A DNA stretch of 64,000 bases from Alphaproteobacteria bacterium (GCA_965205265.1 CBDBGH010000003.1:1138749-1202748); one strand, 5' to 3'. Positions 26,790 to 36,266 are shown, counted from the stretch's first letter. Numbers and translations are program-made. The notes: generated from the letters alone by a model not told the origin.

Positions 26790-27176
26790 TCAGGCGGGCG
26801 TGAAGCAGGGTACCTTCTGGCCGCCTTCGGCTTCGACGAAGACCAGCCTGACCTTCATGCCGACGGCCAGGCTGTCGAAGTCGCAATCGACGAAGTTCGT
26901 CATCACGGTGACGCCTTCGTCCAGCCGCACATAGCCGATGGCGTATTGGGGGTCGGCCCGGCGCATGATCGAGTAGGTGTAGATCTCGCCGGTCCCCGCC
27001 GCTTCGACCGTCTCGACATTCCCGGAGAGCGTGAAGGGGCTGATCTTGCGGGGATACCAGAAGAATTTCCCGGTATCGCCGCAGCGGGGCAGCATCAGCC
27101 TGCCCTCGTTGCAGGCCTCCCAGAATTCCCGGTGTTCGACATTGGCCGGCGGCGCCGGAATCTTGCGGGCGCTCAT
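26790..27176 (-). CDS. Zn-ribbon/OB-fold DUF35 protein (thiolase partner)
   Basis: The 128-aa protein contains ...FWEACNEGRLMLPRCGDTGKFFWYPR...GTGEIYTYSIM...VMTNFVDCD...GMKVRLVF. There is a 4-nt overlap with the upstream thiolase-like gene. Confidence 0.8.
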   Translation of the reverse strand: MSARKIPAPPANVEHREFWEACNEGRLMLPRCGDTGKFFWYPRKISPFTLSGNVETVEAAGTGEIYTYSIMRRADPQYAIGYVRLDEGVTVMTNFVDCDFDSLAVGMKVRLVFVEAEGGQKVPCFTPA

Positions 27177-28363
27177 GCGTCGGCCCTCCCGAGAATCGTG
27201 GTTGAACTGCCCATGCGGGTGCCGAGCGAGCCCCCGGTGCCGTGGGCGAGCGCGAGCCGGCAGTCCTTCACCTGCACGGCCGGATGGGCCTCGCCGCGCA
27301 GCTGGCGCACGGCCTCGAGCACCTTGGTGAGCCCGCCGCGGTTCATCGGGTGGTTGTTGCAGAGGCCGCCGCCATCGGTGTTGAAGGGCAGCTTGCCGGT
27401 GCCCGCGATCAGGTTGCCGTCCGAGACGAAGGCGCCGCCCTTGCCCTTCTCGCAGAAGCCCAGGTCCTCGATGGTTTCCAGCACGGTGATGGTGAAGCTG
27501 TCATAGATGGACGCATAGTCGATGTCGCCCGGGGCGACGCCGGCTTCCTCGAACGCCTGCGGGCCGGACCAGCGCGCGCCGGTATAGGTCAGGTCCACCT
27601 GGCCGGACATCAGGTTCTTCGGCGCTTCGCCGCAGCCGAGCACCTTGACGCAATCGCGCTTGAGCGAGGCCGCGACCTCGGGCGCCACCACGACGAACGC
27701 GCCGCCGCCGTCGGAGATCACGCAGCAGTCGAGCCGGTGCAGCGGGTCCGAGATCATCGGCGAGTCCACCACCTCGTCCACCGTCACGACCTTGCGCAGC
27801 ATGGCGTGTTCGTTGTGCTGGGCGTGGTGCGAGGCGGCGACCTTGATCCAGGCGAGCTGTTCGCTGGTGGTGCCGAATTCGTGCATGTGCCGGCGCGCGG
27901 CCATGCCGTACATGTTCACCACGGTCGGCCCGTAGATGAACTCGAAGGGCACATCGGGCGAAGCGTCGCCGTAATTACGGGGCGCGGTGCCGGTCGCCAT
28001 GCCCTCCGAGCGCGGCCGCCCGGCGAGCGTGATGAGCGCCACCTTGCACTTGCCCGCCGCAATCGCCTGGGCGGCATGGCCGACATGGAGGACGTAGGAG
28101 GAGCCGCCGACATCGGTGGCGTCCATGTGCCGGACGTTCCTCAAGCCCATATATTCGATCATCGATAGCGGGCCGAGGCCCGGCGCGTCGCCTGCGCAGT
28201 AATACGCATCGACATCGTCGATGGACAGGCCGGCATCGTCGAGCGCGCCCCTGGCGCTCTCGGCGTGGAGTTGGGCGACCGACGTGTCGGTCGCCTTGCG
28301 GGTCGGGTGTTCGAAGATACCCGCAATGAAGGCTTTGCCCCTTGTGTGCATGCGTCGTTCCAT
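27173..28363 (-). CDS. thiolase-like protein (SCP-x/nonspecific lipid-transfer thiolase type)
   Basis: The 396-aa protein contains KAFIAGIFEHPTRKA..., ...NTDGGGLCNNHPMNRGGL..., HGTGGSLG. This is the thiolase fold typically paired with DUF35. Confidence 0.85.
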   Translation of the reverse strand: MERRMHTRGKAFIAGIFEHPTRKATDTSVAQLHAESARGALDDAGLSIDDVDAYYCAGDAPGLGPLSMIEYMGLRNVRHMDATDVGGSSYVLHVGHAAQAIAAGKCKVALITLAGRPRSEGMATGTAPRNYGDASPDVPFEFIYGPTVVNMYGMAARRHMHEFGTTSEQLAWIKVAASHHAQHNEHAMLRKVVTVDEVVDSPMISDPLHRLDCCVISDGGGAFVVVAPEVAASLKRDCVKVLGCGEAPKNLMSGQVDLTYTGARWSGPQAFEEAGVAPGDIDYASIYDSFTITVLETIEDLGFCEKGKGGAFVSDGNLIAGTGKLPFNTDGGGLCNNHPMNRGGLTKVLEAVRQLRGEAHPAVQVKDCRLALAHGTGGSLGTRMGSSTTILGRADA

Positions 28364-28420
28364 TGTTGGCGGAGCGGAATCGGGTGACGGGCCTCAGCCT
28401 ATGCTGCCGGACGCCAGCCC

Positions 28421-29515
28421 TCAAGGCACGATGCGCTCGCGGCGAAACTGCCGCAGCAGCTCGACCAGCATGTCCTCCGTGTCCATGCAGTCCTGGAAGC
28501 CGAATTGCCGCGCCTTGATCGTGCTGACGACAGCCGGGTTCGGGCGCTGGCCGTAGCCGAAGATGAAGTCCGCGAACTGCCAGGACGGGACGATTTCCTC
28601 CAGCCGGTGCGGGCGCAACCCGTGGCGCGCGACCATGGCGTCCCAGACGGGCCCCTTGTCCGCCATCACCCGCCGGAGCGAGCAGGGGAAGGGCTGGCCT
28701 AGCTCCATGTCGAAGACCTCGGCGACGCGCGGCCAGAGATTGTGCCAGACATAGCAGTCGCCATTCGCGATATTGAAAGCCTCGCCGCCGGCCGCCGGCG
28801 TCTCCCCGGCCCAGGCGGCGGCGCGGGCCAGCAGCCGGGCGTCGGTCGCCTCCTGGATGCGTGGCTCGCCGCCCGGGAAGCGGAGCGGCATGCCGAGTTC
28901 CTTCGAGAGCGCCGCATAGGCCGCCACGCAGGCAAGCGCGTTCATGTTCGAGCCGACGGCGAAGCCGAAGACGACCTGCGGGCGCAGGACCGTCCAGGTC
29001 CAGCCGGCGCGGGCGGCCCTGTCCCTCAGCCAGTCCTCCTGGTCATGGTAGAAGTTCGGCCCCCAATAACGCGGCTCGCGTTCTTTCGCGGGCGTCTTGA
29101 ACGGGCCGTGATGGGCGCCGTAGGCCTTTGTGCCCTGCAGCAGGGTGACATGCCGCAGGCCGGGCGAAGACGCTTCCACGGCCTCGACCGCATTGCGCAG
29201 CATGGCGAGATTGGTTTCGGCATGGTCGGGGTCGCGCCAGCCGCTCGCCACGTCGGCCTTCTCATGGACCGCCGCATAGACGACGCGGGCAATGTCGTGC
29301 AGGTCCGAAAGGCCGGCTTCGCAGGCCGCCCGGTCCCGCAGATCGACGCTCCGGAATTCGGCTCCGGTCGGGAAGTCGGGCGCCCGCCGCGACAGGCCGA
29401 CGACCCGCCAGCCCGGCAGCGCGTCGAAATGCTCGACCATGGCCCGGCCGACGGTGCCGAGCGCGCCGCAGACGAGCACGGTCCCCACGGCGGCGTCCCC
29501 GGCTCCGCTAGCCAT
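28421..29515 (-). CDS. extended SDR, NAD-dependent epimerase/dehydratase family (progesterone-5beta-reductase-like)
   Basis: The 364-aa protein contains VLVCGALGTVGRAMV (Rossmann), WTVLRPQVVFGFAVGSNMN and FNIANGDCYVWHNLW. Confidence 0.75.
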   Translation of the reverse strand: MASGAGDAAVGTVLVCGALGTVGRAMVEHFDALPGWRVVGLSRRAPDFPTGAEFRSVDLRDRAACEAGLSDLHDIARVVYAAVHEKADVASGWRDPDHAETNLAMLRNAVEAVEASSPGLRHVTLLQGTKAYGAHHGPFKTPAKEREPRYWGPNFYHDQEDWLRDRAARAGWTWTVLRPQVVFGFAVGSNMNALACVAAYAALSKELGMPLRFPGGEPRIQEATDARLLARAAAWAGETPAAGGEAFNIANGDCYVWHNLWPRVAEVFDMELGQPFPCSLRRVMADKGPVWDAMVARHGLRPHRLEEIVPSWQFADFIFGYGQRPNPAVVSTIKARQFGFQDCMDTEDMLVELLRQFRRERIVP

Positions 29516-29517
29516 GC
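29499..29517. repeat. 19-bp direct repeat, copy A (covers the start codon of the SDR gene)
   Basis: CCGGCTCCGCTAGCCATGC matches CCGGTTCCGCTAGCCATGC at 29745-29763 at 18 of 19 positions. Confidence 0.9.
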
Positions 29518-29556
29518 CCGAACGCCCCCAATATCGTCATGGTCGAACGCCCTCTC

Positions 29557-29643
29557 CGTCATGCCCGGACTTGTTCCGGGCATCTCCCTCGGGGGCCATC
29601 GCGGTGGCTGAAGTGGATGCCCGGAACAAGTCCGGGCATGACG
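29557..29643. repeat. nested-palindrome MITE/REP-like element, copy 3
   Basis: CGTCATGCCCGGACTTGTTCCGGGCATCTCCCTCGGGGG...GTGGATGCCCGGAACAAGTCCGGGCATGACG. The outer flanks, CCCCAATATCGTCATG (29527-) and CATGACGATATGAGGGG, are also inverted. Confidence 0.9.
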
Positions 29644-29741
29644 ATATGAGGGGTGGGCATGACGATATGAGGGGTGGGCATGATGATATGAGGGGTGGGC
29701 ATGATGATATGAGGGGTGGGCATGACGATATGAGGGTCGGG
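29637..29741. repeat. tandem repeat, 21 bp x 5
   Basis: The units run CATGACGATATGAGGGGTGGG x2, CATGATGATATGAGGGGTGGG x2, then CATGACGATATGAGGGTCGGG. They are contiguous with no spacers. The first unit is the right flank of the adjacent palindromic element. Confidence 0.95.
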
Positions 29742-29744
29742 ACG

Positions 29745-29763
29745 CCGGTTCCGCTAGCCATGC
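29745..29763. repeat. 19-bp direct repeat, copy B
   Basis: CCGGTTCCGCTAGCCATGC. On the minus strand it reads GC-ATG-GCT-AGC-GGA, a duplicate of the SDR gene's first codons (MASG). Confidence 0.9.
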
Positions 29764-29785
29764 GCCGGCGCCTCGCCGGAAGCGG

Positions 29786-30208
29786 CTATGCGATGATGTC
29801 CGACGCGTATTCCTCGGCCGCCTGTCGCGTCACCTCGATGAACTTCTTGGTCCCGAGCACGATGGCCTTCCTCGACACGCCGCCGTTCAGGAAGATGTAA
29901 TAGTCGCAGAGGAGAAGGCTGGCGTCCTTGGTGACCGCGGCGCGGGTGATGATGTAGCGGTCGTTTATCCGGTTGACGCATTCCAGCTTTTTCTTGAGCG
30001 ACACGTCGTCCTTCAGCGGAAACAGGATTGCGAGATGAATGGCGTCCTGATGGCTCGGCAATGTCGCGATGCATTTCAGTCCGCTCTCGGTAATGACGGA
30101 ATCGCCGTCGCCGTCCTGCTCGCAGTCCATATAGGCCGCATCGTATAGGGTGTGCAGGAAGTCGCGATTCAGGATCTGGGGCGTCACAAGGTCGTCGTAC
30201 ATCGCCAT
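29786..30208 (-). CDS. hypothetical protein, possibly YbjN-family (chaperone-like fold)
   Basis: The 140-aa acidic protein has no signal peptide (MAMYDDLVTPQILNRDFLHTLYDAAYMDCEQDGDGDSVITESG...CDYYIFLNGGVSRKAIV). The pattern is reminiscent of YbjN-domain proteins, from recall only. G+C is visibly lower than in the flanking genes. Confidence 0.45.
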   Translation of the reverse strand: MAMYDDLVTPQILNRDFLHTLYDAAYMDCEQDGDGDSVITESGLKCIATLPSHQDAIHLAILFPLKDDVSLKKKLECVNRINDRYIITRAAVTKDASLLLCDYYIFLNGGVSRKAIVLGTKKFIEVTRQAAEEYASDIIA

Positions 30209-30349
30209 CGTCCGGCGCCTCGCCCGATTCCGCGCTCCACGAATACCCGGACCATATGCGCGCGGTCCCGCCTGCGCAAGATGGAAGGCTGTTGCGGAAA
30301 CCGGCGCAAGCGGGCAAGGTAAGGCAAGGAACGAAAGGGAGGGACCCCG

Positions 30350-31516
30350 ATGTACCTGCGCACACTCGCTGCAGCGGCTTTGGCGGCCGGGCTGGCGGCT
30401 CCGGCCTTCGCGGCCGACCTGCCGAAGACCGTGACGCTCACGGCCTACGGCACCACTTCGTCAGGCTATGCCCAGTCCATCGCCATCGGCGCCATGCTCA
30501 AGCAGAAGCACGATGTCGAACTGCGCGTGATCCCGGGCAAGAACGACGTCTCGCGCATGATTCCGGTCGCGAAGAAGCGCGCGCATCTCTGCGCCTGCGG
30601 CATCGCCGCCGCCTTCACGCAGGAAGGCGTGTTCATGTTCGGCTCCAAGGCCTGGGGGCCGATGGCGATCCGCAACCTCTACAACAACGCCAAGGGGCCT
30701 CACGGGCTGATGCCGGTGGTCGCGGGCGATGCGGGCATCAAGACCGCCGCCGACCTCAAGGGCAAGAATATGGCGTGGATCAAGGGCGCCCCGGCGCTCA
30801 ACGTCAACCTCACGGCGTTGATGGCCTTCGGCGGCGTCACCTGGGACGATGTGACCAGGGTCGAGTTCCCCGGCTGGAAGCAGGCCGTGGACGGCGTGAT
30901 CGGCGGCCAGGCCGACGCGGTCATGGTCTCCACCATGTCGCCGCATGTGAACCGGCTGATGGCGTCGCCGCGTGGCAATTGGTGGATCTCGCTGCCCCAT
31001 GACGACAAGGAAGGCTGGGCCCGGGCCAAGAGTGTGGCGCCGTTCTGGAACCCGAACAGGGTCACGCTCGGCATCGGCCTCGAGAACAATGAGAGCGGCC
31101 AGCCCGAATTCGACGGCCAGATGTATCCCTATCCGATCATCATCGGCCTCGCCGGCGACATAGACGACGACTTCACCTACGCCATGACCAAGGCGGTGAT
31201 GGAAGGCTATGAAGGCGAGGGCGGCTACGGGACGCTGAAGGGCACGGCGGGCTACCAGATCGAAGCCCAGAACCTCCAGTGGATATTCCCCTATGCGGGC
31301 GGCTCGGTCCGTTACTACAAGGAAGCGGGTGCCTGGGGCGCAGAGGAAGAAGCGCACAACAACGCGCTGCTGAAGCGCCAGGACGTGCTGATCGGCGCGT
31401 GGAAGACCTACTACGCGGCCAACAAGGACATGGACGACGACGCCTTCGAGGCAGGCTGGGCCGAGGCCCGCAAGGAAGCGTTGGCGGCGGCCGGTCTGGA
31501 CGCGCCGTTCTCGTGA
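30350..31516 (+). CDS. TAXI-family TRAP transporter solute-binding subunit
   Basis: The 388-aa protein has the signal peptide MYLRTLAAAALAAGLAAPAFA and an AAGGGAGGGA RBS. It is followed by a fused TRAP permease gene. Confidence 0.8.
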   Translation: MYLRTLAAAALAAGLAAPAFAADLPKTVTLTAYGTTSSGYAQSIAIGAMLKQKHDVELRVIPGKNDVSRMIPVAKKRAHLCACGIAAAFTQEGVFMFGSKAWGPMAIRNLYNNAKGPHGLMPVVAGDAGIKTAADLKGKNMAWIKGAPALNVNLTALMAFGGVTWDDVTRVEFPGWKQAVDGVIGGQADAVMVSTMSPHVNRLMASPRGNWWISLPHDDKEGWARAKSVAPFWNPNRVTLGIGLENNESGQPEFDGQMYPYPIIIGLAGDIDDDFTYAMTKAVMEGYEGEGGYGTLKGTAGYQIEAQNLQWIFPYAGGSVRYYKEAGAWGAEEEAHNNALLKRQDVLIGAWKTYYAANKDMDDDAFEAGWAEARKEALAAAGLDAPFS

Positions 31517-31554
31517 CCGTCAAAGGCAGGAAACTGCCGAACTGAACCGGAAAT

Positions 31555-31585
31555 GGACCCGCCATGCGCCGCGTGTGGCGGGTCC
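31555..31585 (+). terminator. candidate intrinsic terminator/attenuator between the TRAP binding-protein and permease genes
   Basis: GGACCCGCCA-TGCGCCGCGTG-TGGCGGGTCC is a 10-bp perfect stem followed by TTCCTTG. It lies 39 nt after the binding-protein stop. Confidence 0.45.
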
Positions 31586-31655
31586 TTCCTTGCCCCGAAC
31601 CTGGCCTACGAATCGGCCGGAGCGCGTTGCATTGCAAGTTGGTTAGCGCCCACAC

Positions 31656-31743
31656 CGTCATGCCCGGACTTGTTCCGGGCATCTCCCTCCACCGTCTCCG
31701 GCGGACGGCCGCATGGATACCCGGAACAAGTCCGGGTATGACG
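31656..31743. repeat. nested-palindrome MITE/REP-like element, copy 4 (inverted orientation)
   Basis: CGTCATGCCCGGACTTGTTCCGGGCATCTCCCTCCACCG...CATGGATACCCGGAACAAGTCCGGGTATGACGG. Confidence 0.9.
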
Positions 31744-31828
31744 GAGAGAGTCGGGGGCATGACGGGTGAGTAGCCGGATGCTCCGGGTCGAACCGATGCA
31801 AACTTCGGAAACAGGACATTAACGCGCC

Positions 31829-33859
31829 ATGACACAGACCGAGCGGGAGACGGCGCTCAGCCGTCAGGCGGAAGAAGCGGTGGAGCACGCCGAGGCGTCG
31901 GTCAGCCGCCATCGGGACCTCGGGCCGGTCTGGATGACGATCGTGGTCGCCGCCTCCACCCTGTCGGTGCTGGCCTCGATCTATTTCATCTTCAACGTTC
32001 ATTTGATGATCGACGTGAAGATTTTCGGCGAGGAGACCGAATACTACTATTTCATGCTCGCCATGCTGTTGCCGCTGGTGTTCCTGCTCTACCCGCCCTG
32101 GCGCAATGTCGGCCCGATGGACCGGGTTCCCTGGTACGACATCCTGCTTTCGCTTGTCGTTTTCGCCGTTTCGATCACCTTTGCGGCGCATGGCGAGGAA
32201 AACCTGCTGGAAGGCTGGGAATACGCCGCGCCGGAATGGGCGGTCTACGCCTCCTATTTCATGTGGCTGATGGTGCTGGAGGCGACCCGCAGGGCGGGCG
32301 GCATGCCGATCTTCGTCATCTGCTTCATCGTCTCGCTCTACCCGGCGCTCGCCGAGCATGCGCCCGGTTTCCTCGAGGGCCAGTCCGAGACGCTGGAAGT
32401 TACCGCGAGCTTCCACATGTTCGGCACGGAGAGCGTCATGGGCATCCCCATGCGCGCCTTCGCCTCCCTTGTGGTGGGCTTCCTCATCTTCGGCGTGGCG
32501 CTGCAATTCACCGGCGGCGGCGCCTTTTTCCTCAACCTCGCCTTCGCCCTGCTCGGGCGCTTCCGCGGCGGGCCGGCCAAGGTGGCGATCTTCTCGTCCG
32601 GCCTGATGGGCTCGATGAGCGGCTCGGTCATCACCAATGTGCTGACCACGGGCGCGCTTTCCATTCCGGCGATGAAGCGGGTCGGTTTCCGCCCGGCCTA
32701 TGCGGGCGGCGTCGAGGCCTGCGCCTCGACGGGCGGCGTGCTGATGCCGCCCGTGATGGGCGCCACCGCCTTCATCATGGCGACCTTCCTGGAAATCTCA
32801 TACGCCGTGATCCTGGTGGCGGCGATCATCCCCTCGCTGCTCTACTATTTCAGCCTGTTCATGCAGATCGACGCCTATTCCGCGCGCTTCGGCCTCGAAG
32901 GGCTGCCCAAGGCCGAAATGCCGAAGGCGCGGGAGGTGATGCGCGACGGCTGGCATTTCATCTTCGTGCTGGCGCTGCTGATCGTGATGCTGCTGGTGAT
33001 GCAGCAGGAGGCGCAGGCGCCTTACTACGCCGCCGCCCTGCTGATCGTCATCAACCAGGTGCGCGCCCACGACCGATGGAACCTGGAGCGGTGCAAGCAG
33101 TTCCTCATCGGCATCGCCAAGCTGTTCACGGAGCTCGCCGGCATCCTGGCGGGCGTCGGCCTCATCATCGGCGCGCTGATGCTGACCGGGAAGGTCGGCA
33201 ACCTGTCGTTGGAGCTCGTCACCCTCGCCGGCGATTCGATCTTCGTGCTGCTCGTCATGGGGGCCATCACCAGCTTCATCCTCGGCATGGGCATGACGGT
33301 GACGGCGGCCTATCTCTTCCTGGCCATCGCGCTCGCGCCGGCGCTCACCGCCAGCGGGCGGCTCGACCTGCTCGCCGTGCATCTCTACATGATGTATTGG
33401 GGCATGATCTCCTTCATCACGCCGCCGGTGGCCCTCGGCGCCTTCGCCGCCGCCACGGTGGCCCGCGCCAACCCCATCACCACCGGCTTCGAAGCGATGC
33501 GGCTCGGCGCGATCATCTATTTCGTGCCGTTCTTCTTCGTGCTGAACCCGGCGCTGATCGGCCATGGCACGACCGTCGAGGTCATCACGGTCTGCGGGCT
33601 GGCCTTCGCGGGCGTCATCCTGATTTCGGGCGCGCTGCAAGGCTATCTGATCGGCATCGGCTCGCTCACCGGCAACCCGCTTGCCGCATGGCCGATACGC
33701 CTGGCGCTGTTCTTCTCCGGCCTGTTGCTGGCTTTGCCCGGCGGCGAACTCACCGGCTATTCGCACGCGCAATTGCTGATCGCGGCGGTTGTGCTGGGGG
33801 CTCCCGCGGCAGCGGCCGGCTGGTTCATGAACCGGCGGGGGACGGCACGGACGGCCTGA
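31829..33859 (+). CDS. TRAP transporter fused permease (TAXI-type, DctQ/DctM-like)
   Basis: The 676-aa protein is highly hydrophobic with many predicted TM segments. It is adjacent to the TAXI binding protein. Confidence 0.85.
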   Translation: MTQTERETALSRQAEEAVEHAEASVSRHRDLGPVWMTIVVAASTLSVLASIYFIFNVHLMIDVKIFGEETEYYYFMLAMLLPLVFLLYPPWRNVGPMDRVPWYDILLSLVVFAVSITFAAHGEENLLEGWEYAAPEWAVYASYFMWLMVLEATRRAGGMPIFVICFIVSLYPALAEHAPGFLEGQSETLEVTASFHMFGTESVMGIPMRAFASLVVGFLIFGVALQFTGGGAFFLNLAFALLGRFRGGPAKVAIFSSGLMGSMSGSVITNVLTTGALSIPAMKRVGFRPAYAGGVEACASTGGVLMPPVMGATAFIMATFLEISYAVILVAAIIPSLLYYFSLFMQIDAYSARFGLEGLPKAEMPKAREVMRDGWHFIFVLALLIVMLLVMQQEAQAPYYAAALLIVINQVRAHDRWNLERCKQFLIGIAKLFTELAGILAGVGLIIGALMLTGKVGNLSLELVTLAGDSIFVLLVMGAITSFILGMGMTVTAAYLFLAIALAPALTASGRLDLLAVHLYMMYWGMISFITPPVALGAFAAATVARANPITTGFEAMRLGAIIYFVPFFFVLNPALIGHGTTVEVITVCGLAFAGVILISGALQGYLIGIGSLTGNPLAAWPIRLALFFSGLLLALPGGELTGYSHAQLLIAAVVLGAPAAAAGWFMNRRGTARTA

Positions 33860-33883
33860 GAGCGGCGGGAGCCGCGGCCGTCC

Positions 33884-34057
33884 TTATCCGAAGGCCGCCA
33901 CGAGGCCGACGATGAACCCGATCACGCCGATCACGGTGATGACGGCTCCGCCGACCCTGGCCTGCAGGCCGTCATCCGCCCCGAACCCGATCCGCATGGC
34001 GACGATGCCCAGTATCGCAACCAGGGCGGACATGACCAGACCGAGCGCAGTGCCCAT
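33884..34057 (-). CDS. small hydrophobic protein (two predicted TM helices), hypothetical
   Basis: ORF 33884..34111 trimmed to MGTALGLVMSALVAILGIVAMRIGFGADDGLQARVGGAVITVIGVIGFIVGLVAAFG (57 aa). Confidence 0.5.
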   Translation of the reverse strand: MGTALGLVMSALVAILGIVAMRIGFGADDGLQARVGGAVITVIGVIGFIVGLVAAFG

Positions 34058-34137
34058 CGCGTGTTCCTTTGCCTTGCGCTGCCGCAAGTTTCGATGCCTT
34101 GGGCGGCGCAATCGGGGCGCGGCGCCCGGTTTGCGTT

Positions 34138-34992
34138 CTATTGCGGCGACATGCCCCTGAGCCGCTCGGAGCGGCGCCGCAGCAGTTCGACGGTGGTCAG
34201 CAGGCAGATCGAGATGACCACCAGGATGGTCGCGACGGCGAGGATCGTCGGGCTGATCTGTTCGCGGAGCCCGGTGAACATCTGCCAGGGCAGCGTCTTC
34301 TGGCCGGCCGAGCCGACGAACAGCACCACGACCACCTCGTCGAAGGAGGTGATGAAGGCGAACAGCCCGCCCGAGATCACGCCGGGCAGGATCAGCGGCG
34401 CCTGCACCTTGAAGAAGGTCCGCACCGGATTGGCGCCGAGATTGGCGGCGGCGCGCGTCAGGCTCCTGTCGAAGCCGACCAGCGTCGCGGTCACGGTAAT
34501 GATGACGAAGGGGATGCCGAGCGCGGCATGGGCCAGCACGACCCCGAGATAGGTGCCCTGGAGGCCGATGCGCGAATAGAAGAAATACATGCCGGCCGCG
34601 GAGATGATGAGCGGCACGATCATCGGGGAGATCAGCACCGCCATGATCGCGCCCCGGAACGGCACATGGCTCTGCGACAGGCCGATGGCGGCGAGCGTGC
34701 CGAGGCTCACCGACAGCAGGGTTGCCACAGGCGCGATGCGTACGGAGTTGTAGAGCGCATTCTGCCAGTCGATATTGGTGAAGAAATCGTTGTAGTTCAC
34801 CATGCTGTAGGCGTCGGCCTCCAGCGCCAGCATGCCCGGCGTGAAGGTGAAATAGGGCAGCGGGTTGAAGCTGAGGGGGACGATGACCAGCAGCGGGAAG
34901 ATGAGGAAGAAGAAAATCAGCACGCAGATGAGCCGGAAGCCCCAGTACCAGAGCTTCTGGCCGGTCGATGCATATGGCGGCAGTGCGGCCAT
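34138..34992 (-). CDS. ABC transporter permease (PotC-like)
   Basis: ORF 34138..35103 trimmed to ATG 34992. It contains an EAA-like loop, FDRSLTRAAANLGANPVRTFFKV. Confidence 0.88.
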   Translation of the reverse strand: MAALPPYASTGQKLWYWGFRLICVLIFFFLIFPLLVIVPLSFNPLPYFTFTPGMLALEADAYSMVNYNDFFTNIDWQNALYNSVRIAPVATLLSVSLGTLAAIGLSQSHVPFRGAIMAVLISPMIVPLIISAAGMYFFYSRIGLQGTYLGVVLAHAALGIPFVIITVTATLVGFDRSLTRAAANLGANPVRTFFKVQAPLILPGVISGGLFAFITSFDEVVVVLFVGSAGQKTLPWQMFTGLREQISPTILAVATILVVISICLLTTVELLRRRSERLRGMSPQ

Positions 34993-34997
34993 GCGCG

Positions 34998-36266
34998 CTA
35001 TCCCAGCTTCACATTGTCGATGCCGACGATCCTGTCGTAGAGCCAGTAGAGGACCAGCACGACCGCCAGCAGGATGACGCCCAGCGCCGCCGCAAGCCCC
35101 CAATTGAGGCTCGAGGAGATGTGGTAGGCGATCCGGTTGGAAATGAAGGTGCCCGAGGTGCCGCCGACCAGTTCGGGCGTGATGTAGTAGCCGATGGAGA
35201 GGATGAAGACGAGGATGCAGCCCGCCCCGATGCCGGGCACGCTCTGCGGGAAATAGACCCGCCAGAAGGCGGTCCAGTCCGTTGCGCCCAGGGATTTCGC
35301 GGCGCGCATGTAGCTCGGCGGGATCGTGCGCATCACCGAATAGAGCGGCAGGATCATGAACGGCAGCAGGATGTGCGTCATGGCGATGATCGTGCCGGTC
35401 TGGTTGTTTATCATTGCAAGGCGCCCGTCATCGGCGACGAGGCCTATGAAGACCAGCGTGTCGTTGATGACGCCCTGTTGCTGAAGCAATACCTTCCAGG
35501 CGGAGGTGCGGACCAGCAGCGAGGTCCAGAACGGCAGCAGAACGAGGATCATCAGCATGTTCGACGTGCGCATCGGCAGCGTGGCCAGCAGGAAGGCCAC
35601 CGGATAGCCGATCAGGAGGCAGGCAACCGTGATGACGACGCTCAGCAGCAAGGTGCGCTCGAACAGGAAGATGTAGATTCGTTCGTTCTCGGGCCTTGCC
35701 TCAATGCCGGTTGCGCCGAGCCTCGCATCGACGGCGTTGAGGAAATAACCCGACGTGTAGGCGCTCGAAAACCGCTTGATCGTGGCCCAGGTCTCAGGAT
35801 CGGCCCAGCTCTTGTGGATCTTGGCGAACTGCGCGGCGAGATCGCCGTCCTCGTCCATCCTCTTGACCCGCCGCCCCGTCTTGCGCAGCAGGCTGGCGAC
35901 TCCCGTCTGCTCGTAGTTGAGCCGGGAGCCGAGCTTGGTATGCGCCTTGGCGGCGACCGCAGCGAGCAGGTCCCGGTGAAGCGCGGCGAAGACCTTTTCG
36001 CCCGGCGGTTGGCCGGAGGCGTCGTCCCAGTCTTCCAGCGCCGCAACGGTAAGCGGCAGCGTATCCGGCACGATCGCGTTCTCGACCGAACGGAACAGCA
36101 TGTCCGCGATCGGCGCCGCGAACGTGACAAGAATGAAGATCAGCAGCGGCGCGATCAGCATGAGCGCGCGAAGCTTTTGCAGGCGGAGCGCGCGGGCCAG
36201 CGACTGCCTCAGCGGCCGGCCGTCTGCCGCAAGGATCGGCCCGGAGGCGTTTTCGCCGTTCGCCAT
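34998..36266 (-). CDS. ABC transporter permease (PotB-like) with a long N-terminal periplasmic/cytoplasmic insert
   Basis: The 422-aa protein has the EAA loop PSYMRAAKSLGATDWTAFWRV. About 150 extra residues sit between TM1 and the core. Confidence 0.85.
   Translation of the reverse strand: MANGENASGPILAADGRPLRQSLARALRLQKLRALMLIAPLLIFILVTFAAPIADMLFRSVENAIVPDTLPLTVAALEDWDDASGQPPGEKVFAALHRDLLAAVAAKAHTKLGSRLNYEQTGVASLLRKTGRRVKRMDEDGDLAAQFAKIHKSWADPETWATIKRFSSAYTSGYFLNAVDARLGATGIEARPENERIYIFLFERTLLLSVVITVACLLIGYPVAFLLATLPMRTSNMLMILVLLPFWTSLLVRTSAWKVLLQQQGVINDTLVFIGLVADDGRLAMINNQTGTIIAMTHILLPFMILPLYSVMRTIPPSYMRAAKSLGATDWTAFWRVYFPQSVPGIGAGCILVFILSIGYYITPELVGGTSGTFISNRIAYHISSSLNWGLAAALGVILLAVVLVLYWLYDRIVGIDNVKLG

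Noticed and set aside
29637-29741. Possible CRISPR array (regular 21-bp repeats)
   Set aside because: The repeats are directly contiguous with no spacers. The units are shorter than CRISPR repeats, no cas genes are nearby, and the unit is simply the flank of the adjacent palindromic element. It is a tandem repeat, not a CRISPR array.
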